Assembly: GCA_951406725.2 (NCBI GenBank)
Contig: OX597831.1
Location: forward strand, 28,272,001 to 28,336,000
Source: Octopus vulgaris
Lineage: Eukaryota
Length of the DNA: 64,000 nt
Direction of reading: 5' to 3'
Below are positions 38,431 through 54,519 of this stretch, piece after piece; within the stretch, counting starts at the first letter, position 1; every line of letters starts with the position of its first letter. The translations under genes and the position numbers were made by a program. The notes below the pieces were generated by a model, which was not told the DNA's origin, searched no databases, and saw only the letters and a program-made list of their open reading frames with translations.

Positions 38431-38733
38431 GCATTCCGTCGGTAACGACGACGAGGGTTCCAGTTTATCTGATCAACGGAACAGCCTTCTCCTGAAATTA
38501 ATGTGCAAGTGGCTGAGCACTCCATAGACACGCGTACCCCTTCACACACTGTTCTCAGGTAGATTCAGCGAGACACGGAATGTGACAAGGCCGGCCCCCT
38601 TTGAATTACAGGTACTACCCATTTTTGCCAGCTGAGTGAACTGGAGCAACGTGAAATAAAGTGTCTTGCACAAAGACGCAACGCGCCGCCGGGAATCGAT
38701 CTTGAGCCGACTGCCCTAACCACTAAGCCACGC
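38431..38733 (-). mobile_element. SINE with the family A 3' tail but a different central domain
   Basis: Tail matches family A. Middle reads CCAGCTGAGTGAACTGGAGCAACGTGAAATAAAGTGTCTTGC on the + strand. Confidence 0.8.
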
Positions 38734-38765
38734 GTATAGGAGTACTCTCAGCGCACAAGAGTTTA

Positions 38766-39149
38766 AGGAAGCACTCCGTCGGTTACGACGACGAGGGTTC
38801 CGGTTGATCCGATCAACGGAACAGCCTGCTCGTGAAATTAACGTGTAAGTGGCTGAACACTCCACAGACACGTGTACCCTTAACGTAGTTCTCGGGGATA
38901 TTCAGCGTGACACAGGGAGTGACAAGGCCGGCCCTTTGAAATACAGGTACAACAGAAACAGGAAGTAAGAGTGAGAGAAAGTTGTGGTGAAAGAGTACAG
39001 CAGGGATCACCACCATCCCCTGCCGGAGCCTCGCGGAGCTTTAGGTATTTTCGCTCAACAAACACTTACAACGCCCGGTCTGGGAATCGAAACCGCCATC
39101 GTACGACCGCGAGTCCGCTGCTCTAACCACTGGGTCATTGCGCCTCCAC
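38766..39149 (-). mobile_element. SINE family A, full length
   Basis: 13-bp TSD GCACAAGAGTTTA at 38753-38765 and 39150-39162. Confidence 0.95.
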
Positions 39150-39439
39150 GCACAAGAGTTTACCGTAAATATGGAAGCTACCAAGAAAATACTTATCTTG
39201 AAAAAAGAAATCATGCAAATTAGACGTATAGAATCTGCTGCTTTAAAGCTAACGTTTTCCATTTCGAGACATAATATAATTTATGTACAAAAATCGAAAG
39301 ATTTCCGAACAAAACTGTTTAAATTCATGAAATGATCTCTTTGTAGATGTCCGCCTCAAGCAGGCTTTCTGCAACGCCACATGAAAGTTCCACTCTAGAA
39401 TTCCAAGATGTTCCAATGTCTCTCTCTTTCATATTCTAA

Positions 39440-39460
39440 CGATTTCTTTTCTTTTCTTTC

Positions 39461-39524
<64 letters not shown>

Positions 39525-40494
39525 GTTTTCGCTTTTGGCGTTCTCTCTCGTCTCTTTCTCTTGTTGAACTTAACAACATCTACATACACACACACATACA
39601 CACACACATACATACATACATACATACACACATACATACATACATACATACATACATACATACATACAAACACACACACATACATACATACACACATACA
39701 TACATACACACATACATACATACATACATACATACAAACATACATACATACATACATACATCTTACATACATACACATACATACATACATACATACATAC
39801 ATACATACATACATACAACACATAAATACATACATACATGCATGCTTGCATACATACATATGTGTATATATACATATATACATACATATATACATATATA
39901 CATACATACATATATATATACATATATATATATGTATATATATATATTTATGAAGAGAGAGAGAAGGAGAGAAAGAAAGAAAGAAAGAGAGGGACGACAC
40001 TGTCTATTGTATTTTTCATACAAAGGTCTTGAAAGAAAAGGGAGTTCTGAGAGCGTTTCAAGGTAGCGGTGTTTTCTTTTTTTTCTTATCTTTCTTTTTC
40101 CTCTCGTTCTTTATTGTATATCCTCCCCCCTCTCTCTCTCACAGACACATATATATGCACATGCATTTTAAACATTTATACATACATACATACATACATA
40201 CATACATACATACATACATACATACATACATACATACATACATACGTACATACATACGTACATACATACATACAGACAGACATACAGACATACGTACATA
40301 CATACATACATACATACATACGTACATACATACATACATACATACATACATACGTACGTACGTACATACATACATACATACATACATACATACATACATA
40401 CATACATACATACATACATACATACATACATACATACATACATACATACATACATACATACATACATACATACACACATACATACATACATACA

Positions 40495-40578
<84 letters not shown>

Positions 40579-40585
40579 TATATAT
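39440..40585. repeat. (TTTC)n, (CATA)n and (CA)n microsatellite field
   Basis: Direct reading. Confidence 0.95.
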
Positions 40586-41269
40586 AAAAACGTATATACG
40601 TATACAATAATCCCTCGACTATTGCGGGTGTTATATATAGTATGTCTTGGAAAAATGAAAAGAAAATTCTGTTACAACTTTATCATAGGAAAAAAAAAAA
40701 AAAAAAAAGGAGAGAAAAAAAGTCCTTATTTATATTTTTGACAGAGCGACAGTTTCTTATTACAATTTTATCATTCGGTATTTTCAAAGAACGTCTAATC
40801 TTTGTAAGTAGCAAGGAATATCTAAAAAGACTTGTCAGTTCGCCTTATGGTCCCAGCGAACAAAAGGGAAAAGTTGTGGCCCCCGAAGGAAGGCGGAAGA
40901 GATACGTGTCTCGCACTTGCTGATAGCCATCTCTTCCCCAATAGCAGTGAGCAGGGATGTAGTTCTGAGGGTGAGGGTCGAGAACGCCGGAGGTCGGCAC
41001 TGCCTAAGGCTTGACCACACAAAGGAAATAAAAGGTAAACAAATATAAATAAATAAATTTCGAAGGTGGAAAAAAAAAAAAAAAAGTCTCCGTCTAAGGG
41101 AAACAACTCATTTGTTACTCAACTGTTTTCTGGTAAGAATAGTAATATTGGAATTCTGAAGTAGGTTCTATAAAACTAGAGTACTCGAGCCGTCAGTAAC
41201 GGCGGAGCTATTGTTGAAGAAGTTACCGATGAATGGTGATAATTAGAAGATGAAGGATAAATAAAAACC

Positions 41270-41590
41270 TCGCAGGAGTGGCTGTGTGGTAAGTAGCTTG
41301 TTTACTAACCACATGGTTCCGGGTTCAGTCCCACTGCGTGGCACCTTGGGCAAGTGTCTTCTACTATAGCCTCGGGCCGACCAAAGCCTTGTGAGTGGAT
41401 TTGGTAGACGGAAACCGAAAGAAGCCTGTCGTATATGTATATATATATATATGCGCGTGTGTGTTTGTCCCCCTAGCATTGCTTGGCAACCGATGCTGGT
41501 GTGTTTATGTCCTCGTTACTTAGCGGTTCGGCAAAAGAGATCGATAGAATAAGTACTGAAACAAGTAAAAGAGTAAAAGAGTAAAAGAGT
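41270..41590 (+). mobile_element. SINE family C, internally deleted
   Basis: Head and GTAAAAGA tail present. Confidence 0.9.
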
Positions 41591-42169
41591 AACAGAAAAA
41601 TAAGAATATTTGTCATTCCCCAAAATATTATACAGGTACGATTTCCTGCAGAAGTTCATGAACATTTCTTAAGGAGGCATTAATATACTCTGGCCATCAG
41701 GATTTTCAGTCTGTAATTTCAAAGTGTTCGTAACCTTAACACAGATCAGGTCATTTCACAGCGTAGACTGCAGATACTGCGGAAGATCGCACGATAGAGT
41801 AGCATAGAAAATTGTTATGACTGTTGCGATGCCGAGCGAGTCATTTGAAATTATGAACATTAAAACATTATGAGACAATGAAGATGCAGACTGAATTTCC
41901 GAATACAAAAAATGTATGTTAGACATCGCTTGGTGCTCCTTGGCAGGCTTTTAGGGAATGTCATTTAATGACATTCCCTTGGTGGCATGAGCGAGTGTGT
42001 GTGTGTGTGTATGTGTGTGTCTGTGTGCGTGCGTGTGTGTTTACGTCTATATGTGTGCTCATGTCAACGAGTGCATGCCTATCCTCTTTCCTTTTGACTT
42101 TCAATTCGTATCTTTTGGCAGGCTTTATTCTCTGTCCTTTGCCATTTAAATTCATATTATATATTCCCT

Positions 42170-42600
42170 GTCAGCTGTAGTCAGGCCCATTTGTGAAGAA
42201 GTGTATCCGGATGCGGCAAAAGCTCGTACATGTCAGCTGTGGTTTAAAAAGGTTTAAACATGGCGATTGTGACATATCTAACAAGCCTCACTCTGGAAGA
42301 TGACCCATTCTGAATGGCGACCCTTTGAATGAGACTATTGTTATCAGGTTCAAATCGAAGCACCAGAGATTTGGTGCAAAGACTTAATGTGTCATATTCA
42401 ACTATCCACAAACATCACAAACAAATTGGGAAAACATGCAAAGAGGTAATTTAGGTTCCACATGAGCTTACACTTGGGAACCAAACACAATGTTCCACCA
42501 TCTGCAGCAGTCTTCAAAACAGGAATATCAACCTGTTGTTTCTGCAGCACATTGATACAGGTGATGAAAAATGGGTTTTACATCGCAACAGAAAATGAAA
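42170..42600 (+). mobile_element. Mariner transposase remnant (HTH region to first catalytic Asp)
   Basis: CQLWFK...HSGR, STRDLVQRLNVSYSTIHKH, VPHEL and TGDEKW motifs with stops and frameshifts. Confidence 0.85.
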
Positions 42601-42779
42601 AAAAAAAAACAATCAATGGTTATCACGTAATGAGAGACCAGTGCTAACACCAAAACGACCCATTTGCAAGTTATAACTCCAAAATTATTCTACTCTCCGT
42701 CAGTGTACCCACATACTGCGAGCGAATACAACATGTCTATAGAAACCCAGTATTTGTAGTAGGATGCTTTTTTACACCA

Positions 42780-42870
42780 AACACCCGAGGTGGCAGACTG
42801 CACTGCTTGATGCAACACAAATAGATGCACAAGGGACAGCTGCAGGATGGGTCGAAACGATCGTCGTGTT
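42780..42870 (+). ncRNA. Degenerate type I hammerhead motif
   Basis: Stem I AACAC/GTGTT. Core CCGAGGT (two deviations from CUGANGA). GGC/GTC stem II, GAAA, palindromic ACGATCGT, GUC site. Confidence 0.5.
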
Positions 42871-43080
42871 GAATAAAGATTCGCTCCAAATCCATTTTCT
42901 GTTTCCCTCATCAATTACAATTATAAACTAAACGAATACTGCGGAATTCCTGACACAGATCCAGTGAAAATTATACCGTAACTGTGAATGTCATCAGATA
43001 GCCCAAACAATGAATATGCATTAATCGGTCGGCATACTAATAGTCATATACCCAAAGTCCAAATGATATATATATATATA

Positions 43081-43285
43081 TACTCTTTTACTCTTTTTTT
43101 TACTCTTTTACTTGTTTCAGTCATTTGATTGCGGCCATGCTGGAGCACTGCCTTTAGTCGAGCAAATCGACCCCGAGACTTATTCTTTGTAAGCCCAGTA
43201 CTTATTCTATCGGTCTCTTTTGCCGAACCGCTAAGTGACGGGGACGTAAACACACCAGCATCGGTTGTCAAGCAATGCTAGGGGT
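43081..43285 (-). mobile_element. SINE family C, 3' half
   Basis: Consensus match including tail. Confidence 0.85.
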
Positions 43286-43559
43286 GCATCAGCATGGCCG
43301 CAGGGGTGCATCAGCATGGATCAATCTCGAGTATAACCAGCCGAAATTGCAAAGATAATCTGAAACTCGACTGAGGAAAGAAAACTCCGAATGACCCGTC
43401 CTTGTTTTCTTTGTATCGTCTATCTGGATGTATTGTCCATTTTTTGTATCACCTAACTGTCTGGCTGTTTTGCGTTCCTGTCCCATGGCTCACCCACCTA
43501 GCCAGCAGGGTGGCATCATTCAAAAGCTAAAGCAATGCGAGATGAACATTGTGACCAGC

Positions 43560-44564
43560 AATTTAGACTGTGAGAGCTCCAGAAGTTCCAGAGTGTTTCT
43601 CTGACACACGATTCCATCAGTTTTGCAATACAGCTAGTGAGACTGACTGGGCGATAGTTGACAGGTGATGTGCGGTCACCCTTTTTGAACAGAGGAATGA
43701 CACTGGCAGTTTTCCACTGCTCCGGAGTAGCACCATTGTTGAGACAGTAATGGAAGAAAATAGAAAGCTGGCAATCAGACCTAGACACAATGCAGCAATG
43801 GATCACAGACTGGCAACTGAAACTGGCTGTGGACAAGTGTACCACCATGCATTTTGGGAGAAAAAACCCTGCGTCCACATACTCCCTCCACAACACTGAT
43901 ATCAAGAAATCCTCTTGCGAGCGTGACCTAGGCATCACTGTCAGCAGTGATTTGCGTTGGACAAAGCATATCTCTAAAATTGTCAAGAAGGCCGAGGGTG
44001 TCTTGGCATCACTCAGCAAGACTTTTGTTAGCCGCTCTCCAGCCATCTATTTAAAACTGTATACAGCTATGGTACGACCACACTTGGAATTCGCATCATC
44101 AGTTTGGAATCCCTATCTTGCTCAGAACATTGACCTCCTGGAATCTGTCCAGTGACGTGCAACCAAACGCATACCCCCCATCAGACACCTACCATATTCT
44201 GAGCGCCTTGTTTCCCTGGGCATGGATTCACTGAAGCTCCGGCGTCTGGCGACGGACTTGGTAAACACCCACAAGGTTATCAACCACCTCACCAACAACA
44301 ACACTGAACACCTTCTTGATCTCCATGTGTCTAACACACGTGGACATGCCTACAAAGTCAGAAAACAGCACAGCTCCCATGACTTTCGGAAACATTTTTT
44401 CACGCTCAGGGTTGCTGAAGCGTGGAATAAACTGCCTGCATCAGTTGTTGACTGCCATGACACTGCATCCTTTAAGGCCCTCATGCTTCCCGAAATCCGT
44501 CGAAACTACACCTGATTATATATACACTTTAGATGAGTTGTAGTGCACCTGAGCACTGTACACA

Positions 44565-44608
<44 letters not shown>
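43560..44608 (+). mobile_element. 5'-truncated CR1-clade LINE with an inverted 5' segment (about 43560-43768, -)
   Basis: Plus strand: QSDLD...ERDLGI...LYTAMVRPHLEF...TRGH...WNKLP, then an (ATT)n tail. Minus strand: WKTASVIPLFKKGDRTSPVNYRPVSLTS. Confidence 0.9.
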
Positions 44609-44609
<1 letters not shown>

Positions 44610-44903
44610 TTTTTTTTTTTATTAATTGTAATTCGAATTTAGTTGTAGCCATGAAGCGTACGTAGTTGTTTTTACTTATTATATATTGATCATTCATTTT
44701 TATACTTTTTAAGATCTAGTTATAAGTTATATGTTTTATAAAAATATATACTATTTGTTATTTACGTTTTGGTTTATGTCTATCACTGTTTGAGTTGCAT
44801 AATAGTGGTATTTAGGACAGTTTTCATTTCTCCTTCGCATTACCCATTTTTTGTTCTGTCTTGCAGCCAGAAGGTTTTTTTTTTTTGCTGTATATGTATT
44901 ACT

Positions 44904-45228
44904 GTGGAGGCGCAATGGCCCGGTCGTTAGGGTAGCGGACTCGCGGTCGGAGGATCGCGGTTTCGATTCCCAAACCGGGTGTTGTGTGTGTTTATTGAGC
45001 GAAAACACCTAGAAGCTCCACGAGACTTCGGCAGGGGGTGGCGGCGATCCCCTGTTGTACTCTTTCGCCTCAACTTTCTCTCACTCTCTCTTCCTGTTTC
45101 TTGAGTAACGCTGTGATGGACTGGCATCCCGTTCAGCTGGAGGGGAACACATACGCCACAGAAACCGGGAAACCGGGCCCATGAACCTGGCTGGGCTTGA
45201 AAAGGGCGCATAAATAAAAAAAATAAAA
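44904..45228 (+). mobile_element. SINE with the family A head but a different 3' half and an A-rich tail
   Basis: Matches family A for about 195 nt, then GTGATGGACTGGCATCCCG...GCATAAATAAAA. TSD ATATGTATTACT. Confidence 0.9.
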
Positions 45229-45594
45229 TATGTATTACTATCGTTTTAATTGTTGTCTTCGTGTAGCCCGAAGCCTTTATTCTGTTTATTGTTTTGTCGC
45301 TCCTCCGTCCACTAAACATCTCATCTTGACCTCGTCTCGTTTTGTTATGTTTTGGTCTCATTCCCGACAGGTTTCTTGCCGATGCCTCCAGAGTAGAAAC
45401 AATATTATCGATAATGGCCGAAATTGCGCTTGACCCTCTGGTCGATAAATGGTGACCTTCTATGTTTTCTGTTCGTCTGTGTATTTAGTATATGTTCGTA
45501 TGTTTATTTACTACCCGTTTTTAAAATTATACATACATACATACATACATACATACATACATACATACATACATACATACATACATACATACAT

Positions 45595-45629
<35 letters not shown>

Positions 45630-45666
45630 TGTCATATTTCCCGTTTGTTTGTCTTTTTATTTAATC

Positions 45667-45699
<33 letters not shown>

Positions 45700-45704
<5 letters not shown>

Positions 45705-45905
45705 TCCTTGGGGTAGGCCAGATTGGAGCAATCTCGAGTATAACCAGCCGAAATTGCCAAGATAATCTAGAACTCGACTGAGGAAAGAAAACTCCGAATG
45801 ACCCGTCCTTGTTTTCTTTGTATCGTCTGACTGGATGTTTTGTTGTCCCTTTTTTTGTATCACCTAACTGTCTGGCTGTTTTGCGTTCTTGTCCCATTTT
45901 TGTAT
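45700..45905 (+). repeat. Dispersed repeat, possibly a Penelope-type terminal fragment; second copy at about 43305-43486
   Basis: Shared CTCGAGTATAACCAGCCGAAATTGC...GACTGAGGAAAGAAAACTCCGAATGACCCGTCC. Confidence 0.65.
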
Positions 45906-45975
45906 TATATATATATATGTTTCTATGTATGCGTATATTTGTGTATGTATGTATGTATGTATGTATGTATGTATG

Positions 45976-46006
<31 letters not shown>

Positions 46007-46399
46007 TGCGTGTAACGTTTACTTTTGGTTATATATTTACAAACCCCGTCCCTCGAATGAAACCCAATCTTTATCACTCAGTAATTGACGAAGCTTCTCG
46101 ACATTCAGCTGACAACTCATAATTCATTCATTTTTATCCTTCTTTCTCCTGTGCAACTGGGTTTCATTTGATGCACAATTGGCTGCTGTTTCTAGCATAG
46201 CGAGCTCCTGTGACAGCACTCCCTATGTTGTATCGGTATCAGTACACTTTGACGCAATGCATCATCGAACTGAGTCGATTGAGGTCAATTGATGAAGGTG
46301 TTACACATTTTGTGAATTCATATCGTGTTAATGAGTTTTTCACATAAAAAAACTATGTCGTCATAAAACATTCGCCCCATTTTTATTGTAGCAATAATA

Positions 46400-48493
<2,094 letters not shown>

Positions 48494-49291
48494 GATTGGT
48501 AGTGTGTCTGTATTTCTATAACACTTTCTGTTTTTTTCTCACCTGCTCGTTCACCCCTGTCACGCATATCAAACGCAATTAGCTCGTATGTTGCATTCAC
48601 TCCACCTTTTTATTTCGTCGAAACACTGACTGGTCATTTAATTAGCTGATTATTGAACAGAAATGTACGTCGTATGTATTGAACTGTCCACGTCTAAATC
48701 ATATGTAGTGGTTTATAATTACATGTGTACTTTATTATTTATGAAACAATAAATTAATCCGTGTATTTTATTCAACTGACCTCTTCATATTAAAGCAAAC
48801 ACACACACTCGTATATGCACGTACATCTACATTTATGTAGCACCTCTCTCTCTTCCCACACACAGACACCCATAGGCACGTACGAGCATAATTTATGCGG
48901 ATGATGCCTTAAATCTGATCAGTGCTTGTCAAAATTTTTGAGATTAGCATATCTGAATTGCCTAATCATCTAATTGAACGCCATAATATTCTAATTAACT
49001 CATAAATGTGTGTATATCATATGTTTATGGTGAGGGCATCAGATGATCGGAAACTTGACTCACCATTCTTTTATAGTTATCCCTAGATTATATTTGCTTG
49101 CAAATGATAACGACATTCTAAAAATCTTTAGCGGCATTTCGCAAATAGCTCGCATAACAACTAGCTTCCTCTTTACACACTTCAAATACGTACATACATA
49201 CATACATACATACATACATACATACATACATACATACATACATACATACATGCATACATACATGCATACCGCTGCCATGAGTAACTTTTTC

Positions 49292-49456
49292 AGGCGCAGA
49301 AGTGGCTGTGTGGTAAGAAGCTTGCTTGCTAACCACATAGTTCCGGGTTCAGTTCCACTGCGTGGCACCTTGGGCAAGTGCCTTCTACTATAGCCTCGGA
49401 CCGACCAAAGCCTTGTGAGTGGATTTGGTTGACGGAAACTGAAAAGAAGCTTGTCG

Positions 49457-49517
<61 letters not shown>

Positions 49518-49677
49518 TTGTATGCTTGTGTATGAGTGTGTGTCTATGTTTATCTCTCCTCCATAACTTGAAACCGATGCTGGTGTGTTTACGTCCCCGT
49601 AACTTAGCGGTTCGGCAAAAGAGACCGCTAGAATAAGTACTAGGCCGCAGTCAAATGACTGAAACAAGTAAAAGAAT
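49292..49677 (+). mobile_element. SINE family C
   Basis: Consensus match. Confidence 0.9.
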
Positions 49678-49702
49678 ACACACACACATACACACACATA
49701 CA

Positions 49703-49740
<38 letters not shown>

Positions 49741-49772
49741 TATATTTATATACATGTATATATATATATATT

Positions 49773-50072
49773 TCTTTATATATAAAAGTGAAGTTGTGTG
49801 TCTGTCTCCTACGATTTAGATTCCTAGCTACTCCCACATTTTGCGGTGCAGTTTAACCAAAAGCGGGTATCTTATAGTCGTGATAAATATCGAGCCCTTC
49901 TGGATATTAGCGCGCGTCTACGATGAGTCTACGATTTAAAAAAAAATTTACCATCATTTTTTCCCATTTTTAATGCATTCTTTTTGCTATTATATAAGGG
50001 AAGTAACTCTCTAAAAATGCTTATATAGTTACTTCCCTTACAAACCCGTGCAACGCCGGGCGATACCGCTAG
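49773..50072 (+). mobile_element. Non-autonomous Helitron-like element
   Basis: 5' TCTTTATATATAAAA. 3' hairpin CCCG-TGCAACGC-CGGG then CTAG followed by T. Internal inverted repeat TAAGGGAAGTAACT/AGTTACTTCCCTTA. Confidence 0.75.
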
Positions 50073-50164
50073 TATATATATATATATATATATTTATAAA
50101 TACACATTCACGCACACATATTTATAATTATCTTACTTCGCTTTCCCTCTCTCTTTCCCTCTCT

Positions 50165-50200
<36 letters not shown>

Positions 50201-50884
50201 ACACATCCACACACATGCACGCACACACATACGCACATCCAAATACACACACATACACGCACATATAATTTATGAGGCTGATGTCATACTGGTTTAGTGA
50301 TCATAGAAATATTTTAGATTAGCATGTCGGAATTGCTTAATTACCTAATTAAACATCTTAATAATCTAATTTACTTATAAGTTTGCCCATATTATGTCTG
50401 TTTATGGGTGAAAGCATCAGATGATCGGAAACTTGAATCTCCTCTCTCTTATGGCCATCTATAGATTGCATGGAGATTGAATTTCCCTACTTGTTAGCAA
50501 AAATTCTTTAAAAAAAATAATGTATTTCTAAAAATGCTTAGCGGTATTTCATCTGTCTTTACAGTCTGAGTTCAAATTCGGTTGAGGTCGACTTTGCTTT
50601 TCATCCTTTCGGGGTCAATAAAATAAGTAGCAGTTGAGTACTGTATCGATGTAATCAACTTAAGCCGCCATCTGAAATTGCCGGCCTTGTGCTAAAATTT
50701 GAAACCGATGTAGATGCATATTATATATATACTAATATGCACATATATAAAAATACATACAAGACAAAAGACTTTTTAACGATGAAGCATTGAACCCTAT
50801 TGGAACCATTTCCATTCCTAATCATTATATTTTGTAGTAGGGGTTCTGAATGAGAGGGGAAGATGCGAGACGACCCCCATCAAA

Positions 50885-51558
50885 ATGGCCATGCAAAACT
50901 TTTCAGCCACCTCACATAAACCAACCAAGATACAGTGTTTTAAAATAGAAAAATGTCTATAATGAAAATTTATTACATAATGTTCATTTCAAGAAGTTAC
51001 TGTACATTGTTAATATTTCGTGTGGCATTCCTTAGCTTGAATAATTGTTTCCACGCACTTGGGAAGAGATGCGTACAAATCCTTCACCATCTTCACAGCT
51101 ATGAGATGCCATTCTCTGTGGTTGAACTCCCACACCACTTCAAGATCGCGTGGATTCTTGTGACAAACTCTTCTCCTTAGTTCTGTCCACATTTGCCCGA
51201 TGATAATTAAGTCAGGGTTCTGAGCTGGCCAATCTTTCAATCTGGTAACACCTTCATCAGCCAGACTCTGTTGTTTTGCATGCGATCTGTCATACTGAAA
51301 AATCTCGCCTTCATTCAAGTGTAGTATCAAATTGTCTTTCAGTAACTGGATGTATTTTGGCACTATTCAAGTTACCGTCAATTTTAACCAACTTTCTTGA
51401 ACCATCACATTTTATGTATCCCCAAAGCATCAGACTCTTATCCCCAAACTTCACTGTTTTTGTTGTGTAACGTGGTTCATTTCGTTTTCTAATAAACGAG
51501 AATTTGTTAGAAGGCCTCCGGGAAAGCGAAAGTGGCCGAAGTCTTTTGCCCGGTACTG
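50885..51558 (-). mobile_element. Tc1-like transposon, internally deleted
   Basis: TVKFGDKSLMLWG, YIQLL, FQYD, WPAQNPDL and HTKY motifs. TIR CAGTACCGGGCAAAAGACTTCGGCCAC with adjacent TA at 51559-51560 and a degenerate partner at about 50885-50911. Confidence 0.88.
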
Positions 51559-52065
51559 TATGTATATCCATAGACGTATATGTGTGTGTATATATATATG
51601 TGTGTGTGTTTGTATGTTTGTGTATCTATATAGGCGCTAATTACGATGAGCTTGTCAGTGAGCCTCTCTCTTTCCCCTCTCTTTTCACTCTCCCTCTCTC
51701 TATGTATACATATACATACTTGATAGTTTGTCTCTACTTCTCTCACACTCTCCCTCTGCCACACACATCAAACGCAATTAGCTCGTATGTTACATTCACT
51801 CCATCTTTCTATTTCGTCGAAACACTGACTGGTCATTTAGTTAGCTGATTACTGAACAGAAATCTACGTCGTATGTATTGAACTGTCCACGTCTAAATCA
51901 CATGCAGTGGTTTTTAATTACATGTGCACTTTATTATTTATGAAACAATAAATTAATCCGTGTATATTATTCAAACTGACTTCTTTATATCGAGGGTTCC
52001 TCCTAAACATTTTACGATAAAACTAAACGTTTTTCATTCGTGGAGTATCTAGGTCTACATACTAG

Positions 52066-52225
<160 letters not shown>

Positions 52226-52261
52226 CATCTATCTATCTATCTATTCATACATATACATTCT

Positions 52262-52617
52262 TTCATTCTTTTACTCTTTTACTAGTTTCAGTCATTAGAC
52301 TGCGGCCACGATGGAGCACACCCTTGTAGAAATTTAATCGAATGGTACTTATTCTGTCGGTCTCTTTTGCGGGAATGTAAACACACCAACACCAGTTGTC
52401 AAGCAGTGGTGGGGGACAGACACCACACACACACACACACACACACATGTACACACACGGCTGGCTTAATTCAGTTTCTTTTTACCAAATCCACTCACAA
52501 GGCTTTGGTCGGCTTCGGGGCAGAATATAGCTGAACACACCTGGCCAAGTTGCCACGCTGTGGGACTGAACCCGGAACCATGTGGATGGAAAGCAAGCTT
52601 CTTACCATTCAGCCGCG
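52262..52617 (-). mobile_element. SINE family C, diverged
   Basis: Consensus match. Confidence 0.8.
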
Positions 52618-52753
52618 AATATACACATAAACTCATGTACGCTCACATATATATATGTAAACACACACTTAACTATATGTATGTGATATATGCATACACA
52701 CACACACATATACACATATATCTATAACTACCTAGCTCTCCTTCCTCTCTGTA

Positions 52754-52796
<43 letters not shown>

Positions 52797-53062
52797 TTTA
52801 TACAGCTGATGTCAGATATCTGATCGGTGTTCATTAACATTTTTAGATTAACATACATAAATTGCCTAATTACCTAATTAACCATCTGAATCATCTATTC
52901 AGCTCATAAGTTTATCATACCTGTTTATGGTGAAGGCATCAAATTGTCGGAAACTTGAGTTTTCTTTCCATTATAGTTATCCACTGATTGTGCATAAAAA
53001 TTAATTACCCTATTTTTTTTTAACAGAAATTGTTTTAAAATAATAACGCTCCCCCCCCCCCC

Positions 53063-53825
53063 AAATGCTTAGCATTTTTTTCGAATTTACCCCTTGTGTT
53101 CAAATTCCGCCGAGGTCGACTTTGCCTTTTATCTTTTCAGGATCGATAAAAAATAAGTACCAGTTGAGCACTGGGGTCGATGTAATCGACTTATCCCCAT
53201 CCACCCAGAATTGTTGGTCTTGTGCTAAAATTTGAAACCAATATTTGGTTAATGCAAAAGGTGGTGAGCTGGCAGAATCGTTAGCACGCCGGGCGAAATG
53301 CTTAGCGGTATTTCGTCTGCTGTTACATTCTGAGTTCAAATTCCTCCGAGGTCGACATAGCTTTTCATCCTTTCGCGGTCGATAAATTAAGTACCAGTTA
53401 CGCACTGGGGTCGATATAATCGACTTAATCCGTTTGCCTGTCCTTGTTTGTCCCCTCTGTGTTTAGCCCCTTGTGGGTAATAAAGAAATAGGTATTTCGT
53501 CTGCTGTTACGTTCTGAGTTCAAATTCCTCCGAGGTCGACTTAGTCTTTCATCCTTTCGGGGTCGATAAATTAAGTACCAACTACGCACTGAGGTCGATG
53601 TAATCGACTTAATACCGTTGTCTGCCCTTGTTTGTCCCCTCTTTGTTTAGCCCCTTGTGGGCAATAAAGAAATAAGAATCGTTAGCACGCCGGGTGAAAT
53701 GCATAGCGATATTTCATCTGTCTTTATGTTCTGAATTCAAATTTCGGCGAGGTCAACTTTGCTTTCATCCTTTTGGTTGTAATCTCATCCCTCGGAATTG
53801 CAGGCCTTGTGCCAAAACTTGAACC
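53063..53825 (+). mobile_element. Array of SINE family B copies
   Basis: Four partial or full units, with junctions at 53490/53491 and about 53674. Confidence 0.9.
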
Positions 53826-53889
53826 CAGTATTATACTGCTGCGAGTCTCAGTTACCGTGGCGTAGATTTTTCCCGAATTCTCACCGTTT

Positions 53890-54060
53890 GAAGGAGAACG
53901 TTTTTAGACATGGACTAAATATTCTACAATATCGAACTGGGTAGATGATTTGTTGGATTTATCTTCGATACCATTAAACCACTTAAGTGTGGCAGTGTTA
54001 CGATTCTATTCTGGGAAATTGGTTTGCTACCTCTTATTTATGTTTACGGACTCACACATA
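53890..54060 (-). mobile_element. Penelope-like RT remnant
   Basis: Minus strand NTATLKWFNGIEDKSNKSSTQFDIVEY resembles PLE RT motif A context. Confidence 0.55.
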
Positions 54061-54159
54061 GTTTTACTGACTCCACCAGTTGTTTCATTGGTTTGACTGG
54101 CCGACATTTAGTGTTTACATACACACATATATGCACATACACACATTTATGCACATATA

Positions 54160-54199
<40 letters not shown>

Positions 54200-54370
54200 C
54201 GTATATTTGCCATTTGAATATGGCTAACCCCTAAGGGTGGATGCTACTGTGGTTTGTAGCCCCAGGAGGACACCTCCTCCAGCTGGCTATAGACACACTT
54301 TCGTCACGATGTGTTGCTGCTACTGTTTATAACTAGCTCTGAGATTTATCATTTATATATATATATATAT

Positions 54371-54500
<130 letters not shown>

Positions 54501-54519
54501 TAAATAAAATAAAACATAT

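Noticed and set aside
40780-41020. GC-rich unique-looking segment with short ORFs
   Set aside because: No motif, splice pattern or structure I can support.
43373-43402. CTGAGGA...CGAA hammerhead candidate (also at about 45778)
   Set aside because: Lacks the GAAA/UH geometry and stem III.
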